A stretch of 64,000 bases of DNA, from assembly GCF_009834535.1 (NCBI RefSeq), contig NC_045696.1, positions 9,922,001-9,986,000 of the forward strand. The letters run 5' to 3'. The notes below the pieces were generated by a model, which was given only the letters and a program-made list of their open reading frames with translations, was not told where the DNA came from and did not search any database. Positions within the stretch are counted from its first letter, which is position 1, and each line of letters begins with the position of its first letter. Origin of the DNA: Camelus ferus. Its lineage: Eukaryota. A program made the position numbers and the translations under genes. Shown here piece by piece: positions 51,060-63,515 of this stretch.

Positions 51060-52055
51060 CAATAGTTAGCAAATTATTTATTGAGTCCCTACTATATGCC
51101 TGGCAGCCATAATCTGTGGAGGCTCAATGTGAAGTGAAGACAGGTGAGGGGGCTTGTTCAAAATGTATCAAGGATTTCCAGATATGGATGGCAGAGCATT
51201 CAACCAAGTGCAGGGTCTTCTGAGCACAAGGCTAACGAGGCTGGCCTTGCAGCTGGACTTGCCAGCAGTGTTTTAGGAGCCAGGGACACAATGGTGACAA
51301 AATAAACAAACACTCTTCCTCTCGTGGAGTTTACATTCTAGCAAGACGAGATGGACAATGAACAAAATAAATAAGAGAAAATATATAGACTAGCGGAGGA
51401 TCATCAGCGCTGTGGGGGGAACGGATCAGGGAGGTGGGGGAGGGGTCCGGGAAGAGCGGGTATTTGCTATTTTTATTAGAATGATCAGGGAAGACCTCAC
51501 CAAGAAGGGGCATTTGCGGGAAGACTCAAGGAGACAAGGGATGAGCAGAGCAGATGTGGCAGGAAAGACCTCCGGGCAGAGGGAACAGCAAGCACAGAGG
51601 CTCGGAGTGGGAGCGAGGCCCCCGTGACTGAGGAAGTGCACGGGGCTCGGCGTGGCAGGAGTGGCGCTCGGGAGGACAGAGCAGCACGAGGTGAGGTCAG
51701 AGAGACGAAGGATATGAACGACTTCATCCGAGGCCATTGTCATGATCCAAGTGACAGATAGTGGTGGCTTAAAACAGGGTGGGCGGGGAGATGGTGAGGC
51801 ATGGTTAGATGGCAGGCGCATCTGGAGGGCAGAGCCCAAAGGACTTGCTGAGAATGGGGGCGTTTAGGCTCTCAGTCTCGGACAAGTTACATCTGAGATG
51901 CCCCTTAATCGTTCCGATAGAGGCACCGAGTGAGCAGCTGGAGATAATGAATTTTGGACTCAGGGGGGTGGGGTCCAAGTGGGAGATACCAAAGTAGGTG
52001 TCATCAGAAGTGACATAGGACACAAGAGGAAAGAACCCTCTGAGTGCTTCAGTCC
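51060..52055 (-). mobile_element. L2a element (3' ~1 kb) with nested MER45A
   Basis: atttattgagtccctactatatgcc...ggagtttacattctag...gatcagggaagacctc...tgagatgccc. Confidence 0.85.
51098..51250 (-). mobile_element. MER45A-like hAT-Tip100 element
   Basis: ggcttgttcaaaa...ggcagagcattcaaccaagtgcagggtcttctgagc is the reverse complement of the MER45A core. Confidence 0.75.
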
Positions 52056-52279
52056 ACCTGGAGAGATAAGGTACACGCAGAAGCTTCTAACCGTGCTGGA
52101 CATTGTGTGACAAGGGCAGGAGGGAGACAAAGACAGTAAGTATGAAAGGAGTTCAGAGTTAGGGGTCAGAGTGTGGGAAGTGGCCAGGGCCAAGCCTGAG
52201 GACCAGGATGGAGAAACAAGACGGACTGGCCAAGAACAGGAAGAGCTGAGCCCGAGAGGCTGAGTGCAGAGGACCCCCA

Positions 52280-53025
52280 GGCTGCTCCCTGACCATTCAT
52301 TTGCTCACCCACCACCTCTCAGCCATCAGCAAGTCCTGTCCCTTCTACCTCTGACATACCTTCTAAATCGACCTATTTCCACTTCCATTACCAGCACCCC
52401 AGGCTCAGGGTTGCCAGGACAACCACAGGAAAACTCACTTCTGCTCTTACTCCCTCCGGATGCTTCCTCTTCTCAGGAGGACCTGGTCTTAGAATTCAAA
52501 TCACATCTCATCACTCACTTGCTTAAAACCTACATCTGGCTTCTCACTGCATTTCAGTTTCAGCCAAACTCTTTTCCAGGGCTTCCCGAGTCCTGCATGA
52601 TCTGGCCCCTGCCAGCATCGCAGCCCACCTTCCCCTTCCCGTCTGTGCTGCGGCCACGCTGTTCTCCTTTGATTCCTTGCCACAGGGTGGTACAGGGAGG
52701 TGGTGAGAAGTGAACGATTCTGGGTATATTAGAAAATTAGAACGAAAAGGACCTGCTGATAGATTGAATGCTAGAAGCTTGAGACTCTAAACTTTTTCCC
52801 ATCTCAGGGCCTTTGCATGTGCTGTTTCCACAGCCTGGAATAGTCTCCTCAAACCCATCTGGTTTCAGAGAGGTCTGAACCCTTCCGTTTCCCTTATGAC
52901 ACTTAGCACAACTTGAAAGGATAGACGTACCGGTTCGCTGTTGGCTTGTGTTTGGTCTCCCATGGTGGTCCGCTGCTCATGAGGGAAGGGCTACACCTGT
53001 CTTTAGTGCCAAATGTCCTGGGGAC
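52280..53025 (+). mobile_element. L2 fragment(s) with a short inverted L2 piece at ~52683-52780
   Basis: catcagcaagtcctgtc...cctgcatgatctggcccctgcc...ctcagggcctttgcatgtgctgtttcc. Confidence 0.75.
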
Positions 53026-53047
53026 TGGGCAGACAGACACTGGGTCT

Positions 53048-53605
53048 ACACTTGATCCTCATTATTCATGGATCCCATAGCTGCAAATTCTCCTACTTGC
53101 TAAAACTTATTTGTAGCCCTCAAATCAGTACTCATGGCGCTTTGACGACCTTCCACGCACCGGCGTGCATATGCTCAGAGCAGTGAAGAATTTGCATCAC
53201 CTCTGCACATGTTCCCAGTGAGGCTGATCAAGGCAGTGCGCTCCATTCTTACTTCAGCTCTTGTGCTGTGCACAAGTGTCCTTTTCCCAGTCTCTTCAGC
53301 ATCACATTTTTCACATTTTGCCCTTTCTGTTGGTGACTTCACTGCTAAGTTGTCCCCCAAGCACACTGCTGAAGTGCTGTCTAGGGTGCCTACCCATAAG
53401 AGGGCTGGGCCTTATGCAGAAAATACGTGTGTTGCAGAAGCTTCCTTTAGGCACATGTTATTCTGTTGGCCGTGAGTTCGATGTCCATGTATACATGTAT
53501 AACAGAAACACACTAACAAAAATATTGTGACCAGAGGCTTGCAGGAGCCTAACCATAATTTTCCCCAAGGCAACAAAGCAATATTCACTAATTCTGTTCT
53601 ATGGG
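53048..53605. mobile_element. Tigger4 (Zombi)-like Tc1/mariner non-autonomous element
   Basis: ttgatcctcattattcatggatcc...tgcaaattctcctacttgctaaaacttatttgta...tgtgaccagaggcttgcaggagcctaacc. Confidence 0.85.
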
Positions 53606-54124
53606 AGCAAGGCAAGGACCACCCTTCACGTGACATGGCCACCAGGGGAGTGACCAGGAAAGAGTGGCCTAAGCATTCGCTCTTCTGTGACCACAGCAGT
53701 GCCCTGAGAGGCCCCCACCTGCCCACCCATGCTTGACGTTGGGGGTCTATAAATCCTGTCACCAGAGTCAAAGCATGCAAAGGGGACTGGTTACAGAAAC
53801 CTCGATAAGAAGTCTGGAACGTAAGGCCAGAGGTTTACTCTGCATCCTCAGAACTGCTTTATGGCACCTTTGAAACGACCCCCAACAAAAACAGGTTTGA
53901 TCCAAATCAGAACTGAGTCTCTGCAGGTTCCTGTCAAATGGCCTCCTCTGGCAGGGAGTGGGGTTTGGGGGAGGTGTGTTCCAGAGCTGAGAAATATTTC
54001 AGAACTGGCAGCGCATAGCAATGAAGACCATTTAAGGCTTCTCAGAGGAGGTGGGTCTTAAGTAGAGCCTTGAAAATCCATTCAAAATGGCCAAGGGAGC
54101 TCCAGGCAAAAGGAATCATGGAAA

Positions 54125-54400
54125 CCAGTGTTTCTCAAGTTTCTTTTAGCCAAAACTCACAGTAAGAAATGAATGTTTTACCCATATATTGAAATAATAC
54201 TTCTTACCCTGACGATACACAATGCACTTTTTAGAAAATTCTATTCTGTTCTATTCTTTCCCATTCAGTTTCATTCCATTCCATCCCATTCCGTCCTATT
54301 CTATTCTATATCTTATTATTCCAATTTTTTCAAAAGCTGGCCGTAATCTACGATCAGCTGATTTTACTACCGATTAATAGGTTACAATCAGCAATTTTCT
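54125..54400. mobile_element. hAT-Charlie-like fragment with internal (TTCTA/TTCCA)n repeat
   Basis: ccagtgtttctcaag start, cacagtaagaaat, and a pentamer repeat at 54238-54310. Confidence 0.55.
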
Positions 54401-55309
54401 TTGCCCAGCAGTCTTCTCACTCAACTCTGACCTGGAGCAAACTGATCCCTTGTTCCTCTTCCCAGGCCTCTAAAAAGGAGTGGCATGCCCAACGAACCAT
54501 GTGACATGGCTGTCTCAGGCTAGAATTGAGGGCTGTCTGCTTGGCTCTTCCTTAGCTGGGAACACCAGACCAGGAGGGCCCCAGCTTTCCTTCAAGAGGA
54601 GTGGTTTCTCTAAGAGAGAATGGTACAGATTTTGGGGGGTGGGAGGAGGGGCCTTCAAAGGTACAAAATAAGTTTTTTGGTAATAAATGAGGAGGCCATG
54701 CTGGCACCAACCATCTTCAGTGGTTGTGGTTTAAAACCTAGAATTAGAAAATTACCTTCAGATAAGGCGTCCCACATACTTCCTGTTGAAGAGCTCCGCC
54801 TCGGTTGGGCATTAGATGTAGCACTTGCTTAACAGCTTCAGAGCAAAGGCAGTAAAAATCATGCTAGATCTGCCAGAGGAAAACCCAGGAAGTCATCCTC
54901 CCGGGTGCCCAGGGCGCATTCTTCAGGTTCATCAGGTCTCCAGTCAAATTCCAAGTCTTGATCACCACCAAAATTTTGCAGTCAGCCAAAGGTTCCTGCC
55001 AGCCAAACTTGTCCAACTGTATAAGGAGGAACATCAGTCCATGGTAAGGCCTCCAAAGCCAAGAGCTAACTTTTTTAAGAAGGCAACAGATATCGTAATG
55101 GACCCAGAAAAAAGATCACTGGGCCAGGAGTCAGAGCTTACAACCCAACCCTGTCATCAAATACCAACTCGGTGTAACCTTTGGCAATTCAGCTGGACCC
55201 TGCCCTGCTTACCCATTGGGAGAAGTAAGGGAATTAGAATTCCTTGTTGGGCTGAAGCAGATGACATCTTAAACTCCCTTCCAACTGGGAATCATCTGTG
55301 ATTCACTCA

Positions 55310-55515
55310 ATCCTTGTAATATCTGCCACTTAATAAACACTGGGGGCCGGACATACTGATGCATTAACACACTCAGCCCTCCCAATAACCCAATGAAGTG
55401 GTTTTTATTGACATTCTGCTCAGAAATGGGGAGAGAAACTTGCCAAGATGCCCACGCTGGTTGGGGAAGAGAAAAGGTTTGAATATAGGTCTGACCCTCT
55501 TTCCTGTCCATCATT
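55310..55515 (-). mobile_element. MIR SINE
   Basis: cctcccaataacccaatgaagtgg...acttgccaagatg...ggtttgaatataggtctgac. Confidence 0.65.
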
Positions 55516-57199
55516 CTGCCTCTGGCACTTAATCAGCTGACCCAGGCAGCTGCCCCTTGAGAGGAAGTAAAAGGCACAGACAGATGTGGCTCAGGTGGGG
55601 ACCCCACCCAGAAAATGGGCACTTCCGGAGCAAAGCTGCCACAGTTACAGGCTTTGTAAACGGCAGCCTCCAACTGTTCATCACAGGGCTGTCTCCTGTG
55701 TAGAAATAGACTCCCTTTTGTCCACACAGCCCTACACACAAACAGTAACTCCATCACCCAGGAGACTGCAGAACAAAGGGAGTGGGCTAGGTATGGACAG
55801 AACAGGGAATAAATAAGCTGCAGTATGGGCAGAGAGAGAAAAAATGATTTAAAGGCTGAACACACCAGGCTATTTGACATGCAGGCTTTTAAATTATGCC
55901 TAGCCTCTTTATGTGAAGAGTGTACACAAATGAGTCTGTATTTTCAACTACGTCACATGACCTGCTTTGCAACCAAAAACAATATTTGTGCTTCATGTGC
56001 TGCACTGTGGTGTTTTATACACAGAATCACCTAGCACAGGTCCTGTACCCCAGATGCAAATTAACGTGGGGGAGGGGCAAGAAGGAGGGGGGAGGGGAGC
56101 AGGCGCCTTCTGCAGGCCACACGCAGGCGCTGACACTGCTGAGCATGACGGATGCTGCCAGCACTGTTGCTTAGCAACCCAATACCCTTCAAGAAAATCC
56201 AGCAGTCTCGCTGGCTCGAAGAAACAAGCAGGGCTGGTTCAGCATAGCATTGGGCATGGAAAGATAATAATGGTTTTGTTCCAATTATTAATAATCATTC
56301 TTTCTGTTTTCCTGTACAGATCAACAAACCTGAGGGTCTCCAGAGCCCTGCACTGGATTGGGGCTGAAAAAAACCCAGGGTTTTTAAATTACCTCCAAAC
56401 CGGCTGCAGAGAGTAGTGGAATTTTACTGGCTGGTCCCATGATGCTCCTTCTATCCCCGGCCTTTTCCACAACATAAAGGCAGATCTCCACGGTGTGACT
56501 CACCAGCATACCTCCAGATAGTTGTTTGTCAGCCCTGTCATGAGTCATGCCTTCTTCAGCTTTCTTTCTTTCTCAAAACTGAAACACTTGACATTTTAGA
56601 AAGGGGTCGGGAGAAGGCTTTTGATTTTTTTTTTTTTTCCTTTAAGTCATTCTGTGGCTTTGTGTGCAAGTTGGGAGGGGAGGATTGTGGGACGAGGTGA
56701 GTGATGGCTGCGAGAACAGGTAAACAGGAGTGAGGCTTTCCACGCCGCCATCAGTCGCCTGCAAAGCCATCCAAGTGCAAGGGTGCCGTCATCCATATCA
56801 CGCAAGAATGGAACGCCCCTGGGCTATATTCTAGAAGGAATGATACCCTGATCAGCATCCTGCCCTCCACCCGTTCGTCTCCAGAACGTACTGCTCCCTG
56901 CATTCCCAGCAAAGAGCTCTGCTGCACTTTGTGCCTCGTAGATGGCAGTGTCATTGTAAGGCTTTAAGAGAAATCCTGCAGGAGGTACAAGGAACAAAGA
57001 AAATTGGAGTTTTCAGATGAAAAAAGAGAAGAGCAATTGCCACACAGACATTGTGCTGGACCAGACAGACGGCAGGACCCCTGGGTTCGGGTTCTGTTTC
57101 TGACGTTAATTGGGTGTGGGATGAACTTCTGTTTATGTTACGTGGTCCAGCACAAGTCTGATCTTCTCCATGAAGCTCTCAGCCTTCTAGACACAGTCA

Positions 57200-57360
57200 C
57201 TTAGCATACTTTTCTCCCTTCCAAAGTGTGAGCACCTCAAAGTCAGGGACTGTTTTATGCACCTCTGTATCACGCCAACCCAGCACCATATCAAACACAT
57301 AATAGATGCTCAATGCATGCTTCCTGTTTTGAAGAGAGACACATAAATGAAAGAATTAAT
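57200..57360 (+). mobile_element. L2 3' end
   Basis: gtcagggactgtttt...cccagcacc...aatagatgctcaatgcatg. Confidence 0.7.
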
Positions 57361-57824
57361 TAACCAGTCCAATAACTAAATCTAATTAATCTCTTGGAAT
57401 CCCTGTTTGTTCCTATGCTTAATGATATGCACTGTCTACTCACAGAAAAGGAATGAGGATTTTAGGGATTGCAAATGAAAGCGTTTTGAACATTATGCAA
57501 CACCGTGCTATTATATAGCATTATTAGAAAAGAAAAGGTAATGATTATCAAAAGTGTCCCCAAAGGGAGGGATCAAGACTGATTCTGCACATACATAAAG
57601 CAGGGAAGGAGAAAGTTAGAGCCGATACCAAATACTTCCTCTATGGGTTGGGGTGATGCCAGAAATTTCCAAAATTGGATTCAGACATCGCAGCACCTTG
57701 TTAAAAACATAAATGCTCTCTTGCAGCCATCCCATATTGATCCATTATTAACCTCGAGTGCTTTAGTCACATGTATTAAATCCACTTCCGAGGATAAGGG
57801 ACATGAAACAGGAAGTTACTTTTT

Positions 57825-58190
57825 ACTCTTCGTTGTGAAAATATTCAAACACACAAAACTAGAGGCAATCGTATAAGCCCCTATGCATTCATCAGCCAGC
57901 TTCAACGACTATATAGTAATATCATATCATATATGTTATGTCATATATATATCATATATATCATATCATATCCTGCTTCATTCCTCTACCTCCCCATACT
58001 GGCTTATTTAGAAGGAAATCTAAAACCTCCTGGTAGTTAATGAGTATTTCAGCATACAGCTCTAAAATATAAGCACTCTTTTTTAACATAACCACAATAT
58101 CAGTACCATACCTAAGATGACAATAATAATAATAATTCCTTAATATCCTCAAATTCCTGGTCAGTAATAAGTGCTCGAATTTCCCTGATA
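57825..58190 (-). mobile_element. L1MC4/5-like 3' fragment with (ATATC)n repeat
   Basis: gaaaatattcaaacacacaaaactagag...ccagcttcaac...aacataaccacaatatc...aataattccttaatatc. Confidence 0.75.
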
Positions 58191-58529
58191 GAACAGTTCA
58201 GTTCTGAGGTACAAGTAACACTGGATTCAGAACACAGCAGGCGCTGGTCCTAGGACTGGTCTTACCCAGGGGAAGAAGACCCGACTTTCACTCGTTTCAC
58301 TGTGGTGTTTTCTTTCATTTTCCTGTTTCATAATTGCCAAGAGCAATCCACATACAGAGAAGGACGTGGGTGTGCAAGCCAAACTGTGAATTACTCTCCC
58401 TATTGGCCAACGACACTCACCAGCTTCTTCCAGCTGTTACAAAAAATAATAGACTTCGGTTTCCATAACCTGGCAATCGTAGGACTTGATTACTTAATCC
58501 TGCTGTCAGCTTCACCTGATCGTAGATAA

Positions 58530-58695
58530 GCCAGGCATAGTTGTCTGAACCTCAGTTTCCTTGTACGAAGGAGGCAATAACAGGACCCACCCCAGAGGGC
58601 TCTTAAGAGAATTAAAGAAGTTGATGTACGTCAAGCACTTAGAAAAGCTCTTGGCACAGTGAACCTATAATGAACATGAACCATTGTGTTGCTAT
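58530..58695 (+). mobile_element. MIR SINE
   Basis: tctgaacctcagtttcc...aagcacttagaa...tggcacagt. Confidence 0.75.
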
Positions 58696-58816
58696 TTCCC
58701 AGTCTCCTTGGAAGCCGAAGCTTGGGCAAGCCGATGCTTGAGGAAGGTGACCCTGCTGGCCCTGTCATGAGTGCCTCCTCTGCTTGACACCACACTACAC
58801 CTGAAATATTTCAAGT

Positions 58817-58940
58817 TAGTGTTCCTCAAAGTGTGCTTTTCAGACCACCTGCATCAAAATCATCCTGAACAATTATTTAAAATGTGGATCACTACACCCT
58901 GGACAATTCTTAAGAACACTAAAGTTTGAGAACTTCTGCT
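58817..58940. mobile_element. MER5-family hAT MITE
   Basis: agtgttcctcaaagtgtg...ctgcatcaaaatcatcctg...taaagtttgagaac. Confidence 0.7.
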
Positions 58941-60274
58941 TTCCGCTCGCTTGAGTGGTTGTAGAGTGACTTTCCCAACCAGAGAGGAAATGGGGTACCT
59001 GAAAAGACAATGAGGGGTAGCAGAAGGGACCTGGGGCCTGGAATAAGGAGGCCTAAAGAGGAGACTGGCCGGCCATCCACCTACCTGTGGAATGGAACTA
59101 GTAATAGCTCCCTAATGGAGCCACAGAGAGAGCCAAATGGGATCCTGAGAGTGGAAACATATTTTCCATTAATCAATTGATATTACTCACTTGTATTTTT
59201 ATTCTAATTCCAAGAACCTAAATATAGAATTCCTATTTGGTGCTTCCAAAAGAAGACCATGTGATCTAAAGATGTTTGTGACAAAGGGCATCCTTCATGA
59301 GAGTCTCATCCATTCATTCATTAACAAATATTTGTTAAGTGTCAATTCTTTGCCAGGGACTGTGCTGGCATAAGTCAGGGAAAAAGCAGTCACATTCCTT
59401 GCCTTCTTGAGCACATAGAGGGCTCCAAAATGTCCAAGGACAAAGAAGAGACAAGGAGAAATATAAAACAAAGCTCACAAGAGTCTAGAGCTAGGAAAGG
59501 ACTTTAATGGACACAATTCCTTCACGGAACTGGTGAGAAGATCAAGACCCAAAGTAGTGAAGAGGCTCCACGCCCCCCAGTGACTTGGTACCTAGAAAGG
59601 CACTCATTTCTTAGTTCTCGGAACTCTTCCCGCTTTGTCTGTTTTATACCCTTTCCTGCACCAAGAAAAGCAAAGAAGCAAAACAAATATTGAGTTGCTC
59701 TTTCTCCACGTCATCAGAATGAGTCATCTGAGTTGACAGCAAAAAAAATTCTTCCCACTTAATGCAGTGCTTTTAAATTCTCATTTTTCATTGAATTTAA
59801 AAGCAGGTTACAAAATAGCATGCGGAGTGGGATCTCATTTTTGTAAACAATACAGCTGTGGTGTATATATGCACACAAAAAAAATGGCTGTACAAATCAA
59901 AGATTATCAGTAGGGGCTAGGGATTATGGGCACCTCTTATTTTCTCCTTTATATTCCTGGAACTCTCTTGGAATTTTCCAAATCTTCTGCAATGAACACA
60001 AATTACTTCTGTACTAAATAAAAAGGTTATTTCAAAAATAATCTCTGATTCTTTTTTTTTTTTTTCAAGTCACTGAGTTTTGCCTTTTTGAAACTAAATG
60101 TGTTCTCATGAGAGGTTTCTGGAACATTTTTGTCCAAATAACACCCCAAAATTAAACTCAGTGTTTGACTTTCAACAGAAGAGATGAGGCACAAAATAGC
60201 CACCTATTGACAGAACTCCCCTCAGATGGTCCTTAGATTTATCTGGGTAAAGACTAGCTATAGTCTTAAATGGG

Positions 60275-60850
60275 ATCAACTCATCTACAAGTATTTCCTG
60301 AGCCCTATCAAGTTCAAGGAACTGCACTGAACCCTATACCCCAAGGTCAAGATGCATTAAGACATGATCCCAGGCTTCAAGAAATTTGGAATTCAGTTGA
60401 GGAGTGAAGGCATACGTATATACAAAGTTTTGTAACAAAAAACATGAACAGAGACGTGATATCAGAAAGTACACTGTGTGTTGGGCCAATAGATAGTTTA
60501 TTTCAGGAACCGTGGGAGCCAAGTAGCAGAGAGGAGCTGGAGGACAGTGGGGAGCCATGAAGGTTTTCTAGGGGGAGGTGGCATAAGAGCTGTGCTTCAA
60601 GAAGGTTAAGGTCTGTGCAACGTGCAACCGTATCTGAGCAGTGAGAGACTGACCAGAGGGAGGAGAACAAGTGCAAAAAAAAGGTCAGGTGAAGAGAACG
60701 CTGGGTTTCAGGTCCAGCTCAGCCATGAACAAGGCAACTTTGAACATGTGACTTCTCCTGCCTGGAATTAGTTTCCTCACCTGCCATGTGAGCGAGTTGG
60801 ACTAGAATCTCCAAGGTCCTTTGCAGCTGTCAAAATGCTTTAGTTCCACG
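60275..60850. mobile_element. L2c-like fragment (minus) followed by MIR (plus, ~60700-60850)
   Basis: caagtatttcctgagccctat...gacatgatcccaggcttcaagaa; ggtccagctcagccatgaac...agtttcctcacctg. Confidence 0.65.
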
Positions 60851-61034
60851 ATCCAGGCAGGAATGATGAAGGCGCAAAAGAACGTGCTGCAGTGGTGAGG
60901 GCAGGAATGGTTTTACTCCAGCAAATGCCTTGCAGAGGGAGTGGCTAAATCACCTTCAGCACAGGCACCAGCAAAATAAGATCAGATTTTCCCCGCTCTT
61001 ATTTTTAACCCCTTGGGAGGTTGGGCAGTAAATC

Positions 61035-61485
61035 TTTTTATTTTATTTTTATTTTTTTTTTACTGAAATATAATTTACATACTATGACATTCACCATTTT
61101 AAAGTGTACAACTTAGTGGGTTTTAGTATATTCACAAAGTTGTGCAACCACCACCACTATCTAATTCTGGAATTAAATTTCATCACTCCAAAAAAGAAAT
61201 CCTTGTACCCATTAGCAGTCACTCCCCATTCCTGATTCCACAGCCCTTGGCAACCTGCAACCTGCTTTCTGTATAGATTTGCCTCTTTGGACACATTTCA
61301 AATAAATGGAGTCTTATGATATGTGACCTTTTCACTCAGCATGCTGTTTTCAACGTCTACCCACGTGGTAGTATATGTTAGTACATCGTTCCTTTTTATG
61401 GCTGAATAATATTTCGTTGTATGGATACACCACATTTTGCATCTCTGTTCACCCACTGATGGATATTTGAGTTGTTTCCACTTCC
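61035..61485 (-). mobile_element. L1MB-type 3' end
   Basis: T-rich tail, ttcaccattttaaagtgtacaac...ttgtgcaaccaccaccact; ORF 61298-61495 (WKQLKYPS...YYSAIKRND). Confidence 0.92.
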
Positions 61486-62389
61486 AGCAGTGCACTGAAT
61501 CTTAAAATCTTGTTTATCAGAGGAAGAGCTGCCACATAAGGTTCCACCATTTGAATTTGAAAAGAAGTGGAAACTTGGGGTGGAGGAAGCATGTTCAACC
61601 CCAGACAGCGACAAAACCAACTTCATCTGCGGTAACCGCCGCAGACATTCATTCTGACAAGTTTTTCCATAGATACTGCAGGGGTAAACAAAATATTTGT
61701 ATCGCCAAAGAGTGTGTGACTTCAAGTGAAAATTTTTGAGCAGCAAAGCCCATTCCATGGATTTAAAAATGCCACAGGATTAGGGGATAATCTTAGCTTT
61801 CATGTTCTGCCAGTGACAAGGCACTGAGTCTGTAGATTCCCAGCGTGACGGAAGCTGCATCTCAGCCAATGTGTGACCTGCTTTTCACTCTGTAAACAAC
61901 CCATTCAGATCCATGTCTATCAGAATTTCAGCATAACTTCTCTTTTTCCCACAGTCCAAGCTGTTAATTTCTTCACTGTATTTTTATGAGCCGGAAAAGC
62001 ATGAACTGTCAGTGAACTGTCAATGTTCGCATTACATTATAAGACCCAAGATATCCTTGCCTTTTCCTAAATCAAACTGAATTAAAAATAAAGCCCATAA
62101 AACATTCATCTGGTTGACATGAGACCTCTGAGTTCAGGCCGTCCTAAATGGGAGGGGAAAGGGGGGAAAAAAACTCAGCTGCATATTTTCTTTTTCCAGG
62201 CATTTAATATAATTTTTAAATTATCACTCAGACCAGAGAAAGAGTGGAGAGTCTTAAGATTGAGAGCTTTATCACCAAGGGAAAAAAAGCATTTACTAAG
62301 CACCTACTTTGTGCCAAGAAGAGTGATGTGTCCAATGGTCTCATGTAATTTAATGGAAGAGAAAAGATACAACCATTAAAAATCATCAT

Positions 62390-62710
62390 AATTTGCCAGA
62401 GGCTGGGGGAGGAGAGAATGGGGAGAGATTGCTAACAGATATGAAGTTTCTTTTTTGGTCTGGTGAAAACATTCTTGAATTAGATAGTAGTGATGGGGGG
62501 AGGGTAGAGCTCGGTGGTAGAGCACCTGCTTAGCATGCATAAGGTCCTGGGTTCAATCCCCAGAACCTCCATTAAAAAAATGAAGTACTAAATAGTGGTG
62601 ATGGCTGCACAACCTTGTGAATGTGCTAGAAACCACTGAAATGTGCATTTTAAAAAGGTAAGCGAATTTTATGGTATGTGAATCATATCTCAATAAAATT
62701 TAAAAATGAA
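62390..62710 (+). mobile_element. L1MB/ME 3' terminus with nested SINE
   Basis: ttgccagaggctggggg...gatagtagtgatgg|SINE|ctgcacaaccttgtgaat...tatctcaataaa. Confidence 0.85.
62495..62591 (+). mobile_element. tRNA-Ala(AGC)-derived SINE (camelid Vic-1 type), short form
   Basis: gggagggtagagctcggtggtagagcacctgcttagcatgcataaggtcctgggttcaatccccagaacctcca with A and B boxes and an A tail. TSD atagtagtgatgg (62484-62496) / atagtggtgatgg (62592-62604). Confidence 0.9.
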
Positions 62711-63269
62711 ATAATAATAATAATGACTCATCATAGTATTGCAAATAAGAGCGGGGGAAAAAAATGCCTGGAGTAGAGTAGAAGATAGTCTACTTTCAAA
62801 TGTGAGTTTTGCTCCTGAGCAAAAACTGTAGTAAATTTCCCTGCATCTCTGTCACTGCCCAAATTCCCTGAAGCCCTCCCCCTGCCATTCCCACTGCAGA
62901 AGGCTGGTCTCCCAAAATCCCCAGCTTTCCCCGGCTAAAGGGACACCCCGGTCCACAGACTTCGGTGGAAGTTCACTTAACGGCTTTGCCCCTAAGAATG
63001 TATTTTAAGAGAACGCTGCCTGGCTTACAACGTGATTTGGAAATATGCTGCTGGCTGTGTTTTATGCATTTTGTCAAGTGTTTTAACTTTGTACTGGCTG
63101 CGACCATGAAGGACACAGTTTTCGAAGGTTGAAGTTAAATAATAATTTCACACCCGAATATGTTCAACCAGGCTGCCGGGCAGCAAGCTGCGGGGTGGGC
63201 ACTGCTCTGGAGCCCCAGGGGCAGTCTCACGTTGGTTGCACAGCGGCCACTGGTCAAGTTTGAGGCTGG

Positions 63270-63515
63270 GTAATATAGCAGTTGAGCCTAGGCTCTCTTG
63301 GAGACTAGCCAACCGACTGGCCATGTGATCTCAGGCATGTTAATTCATCTCTCTAAAACCTCAGTTTCCTCATCTGTAAAATGGCGATTCTTTTATCTAT
63401 AGGTACCTATGGGTTTTTCACAGGATTCAATGAGCGAATGAATATTAAGTGCTTAGACAAGCGCCCAACACGGACTAAGCACTTACTAAGTGGTGGTTGC
63501 TGTCACAATTGTTAT
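63270..63515 (+). mobile_element. MIR SINE, near full length
   Basis: cctcagtttcctcatctgtaaaatgg...aagtgcttag...taagcacttactaagtgg. Confidence 0.9.

Noticed and set aside
50935..51110. Tail-to-tail L2 ends as a miR-28/miR-151-like hairpin
   Set aside because: The arms are too degenerate and too far apart to pair convincingly by eye.
53636..53654. CTCF-like tggccaccaggggagtgac
   Set aside because: The 5' half matches well but the key GGC(A/G) positions do not, and it abuts a Tigger remnant.
59705..59730. Adjacent CRE half-site and AP-1 site (ccacgtcatcagaatgagtca)
   Set aside because: An isolated pair of short motifs between repeats is too little to call a regulatory element.
62495..62575. 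Functional tRNA-Ala gene
   Set aside because: It has an A tail and TSDs, sits inside an L1 fragment, has an altered 5' stem and lacks an adjacent oligo-T terminator, so it is a SINE.
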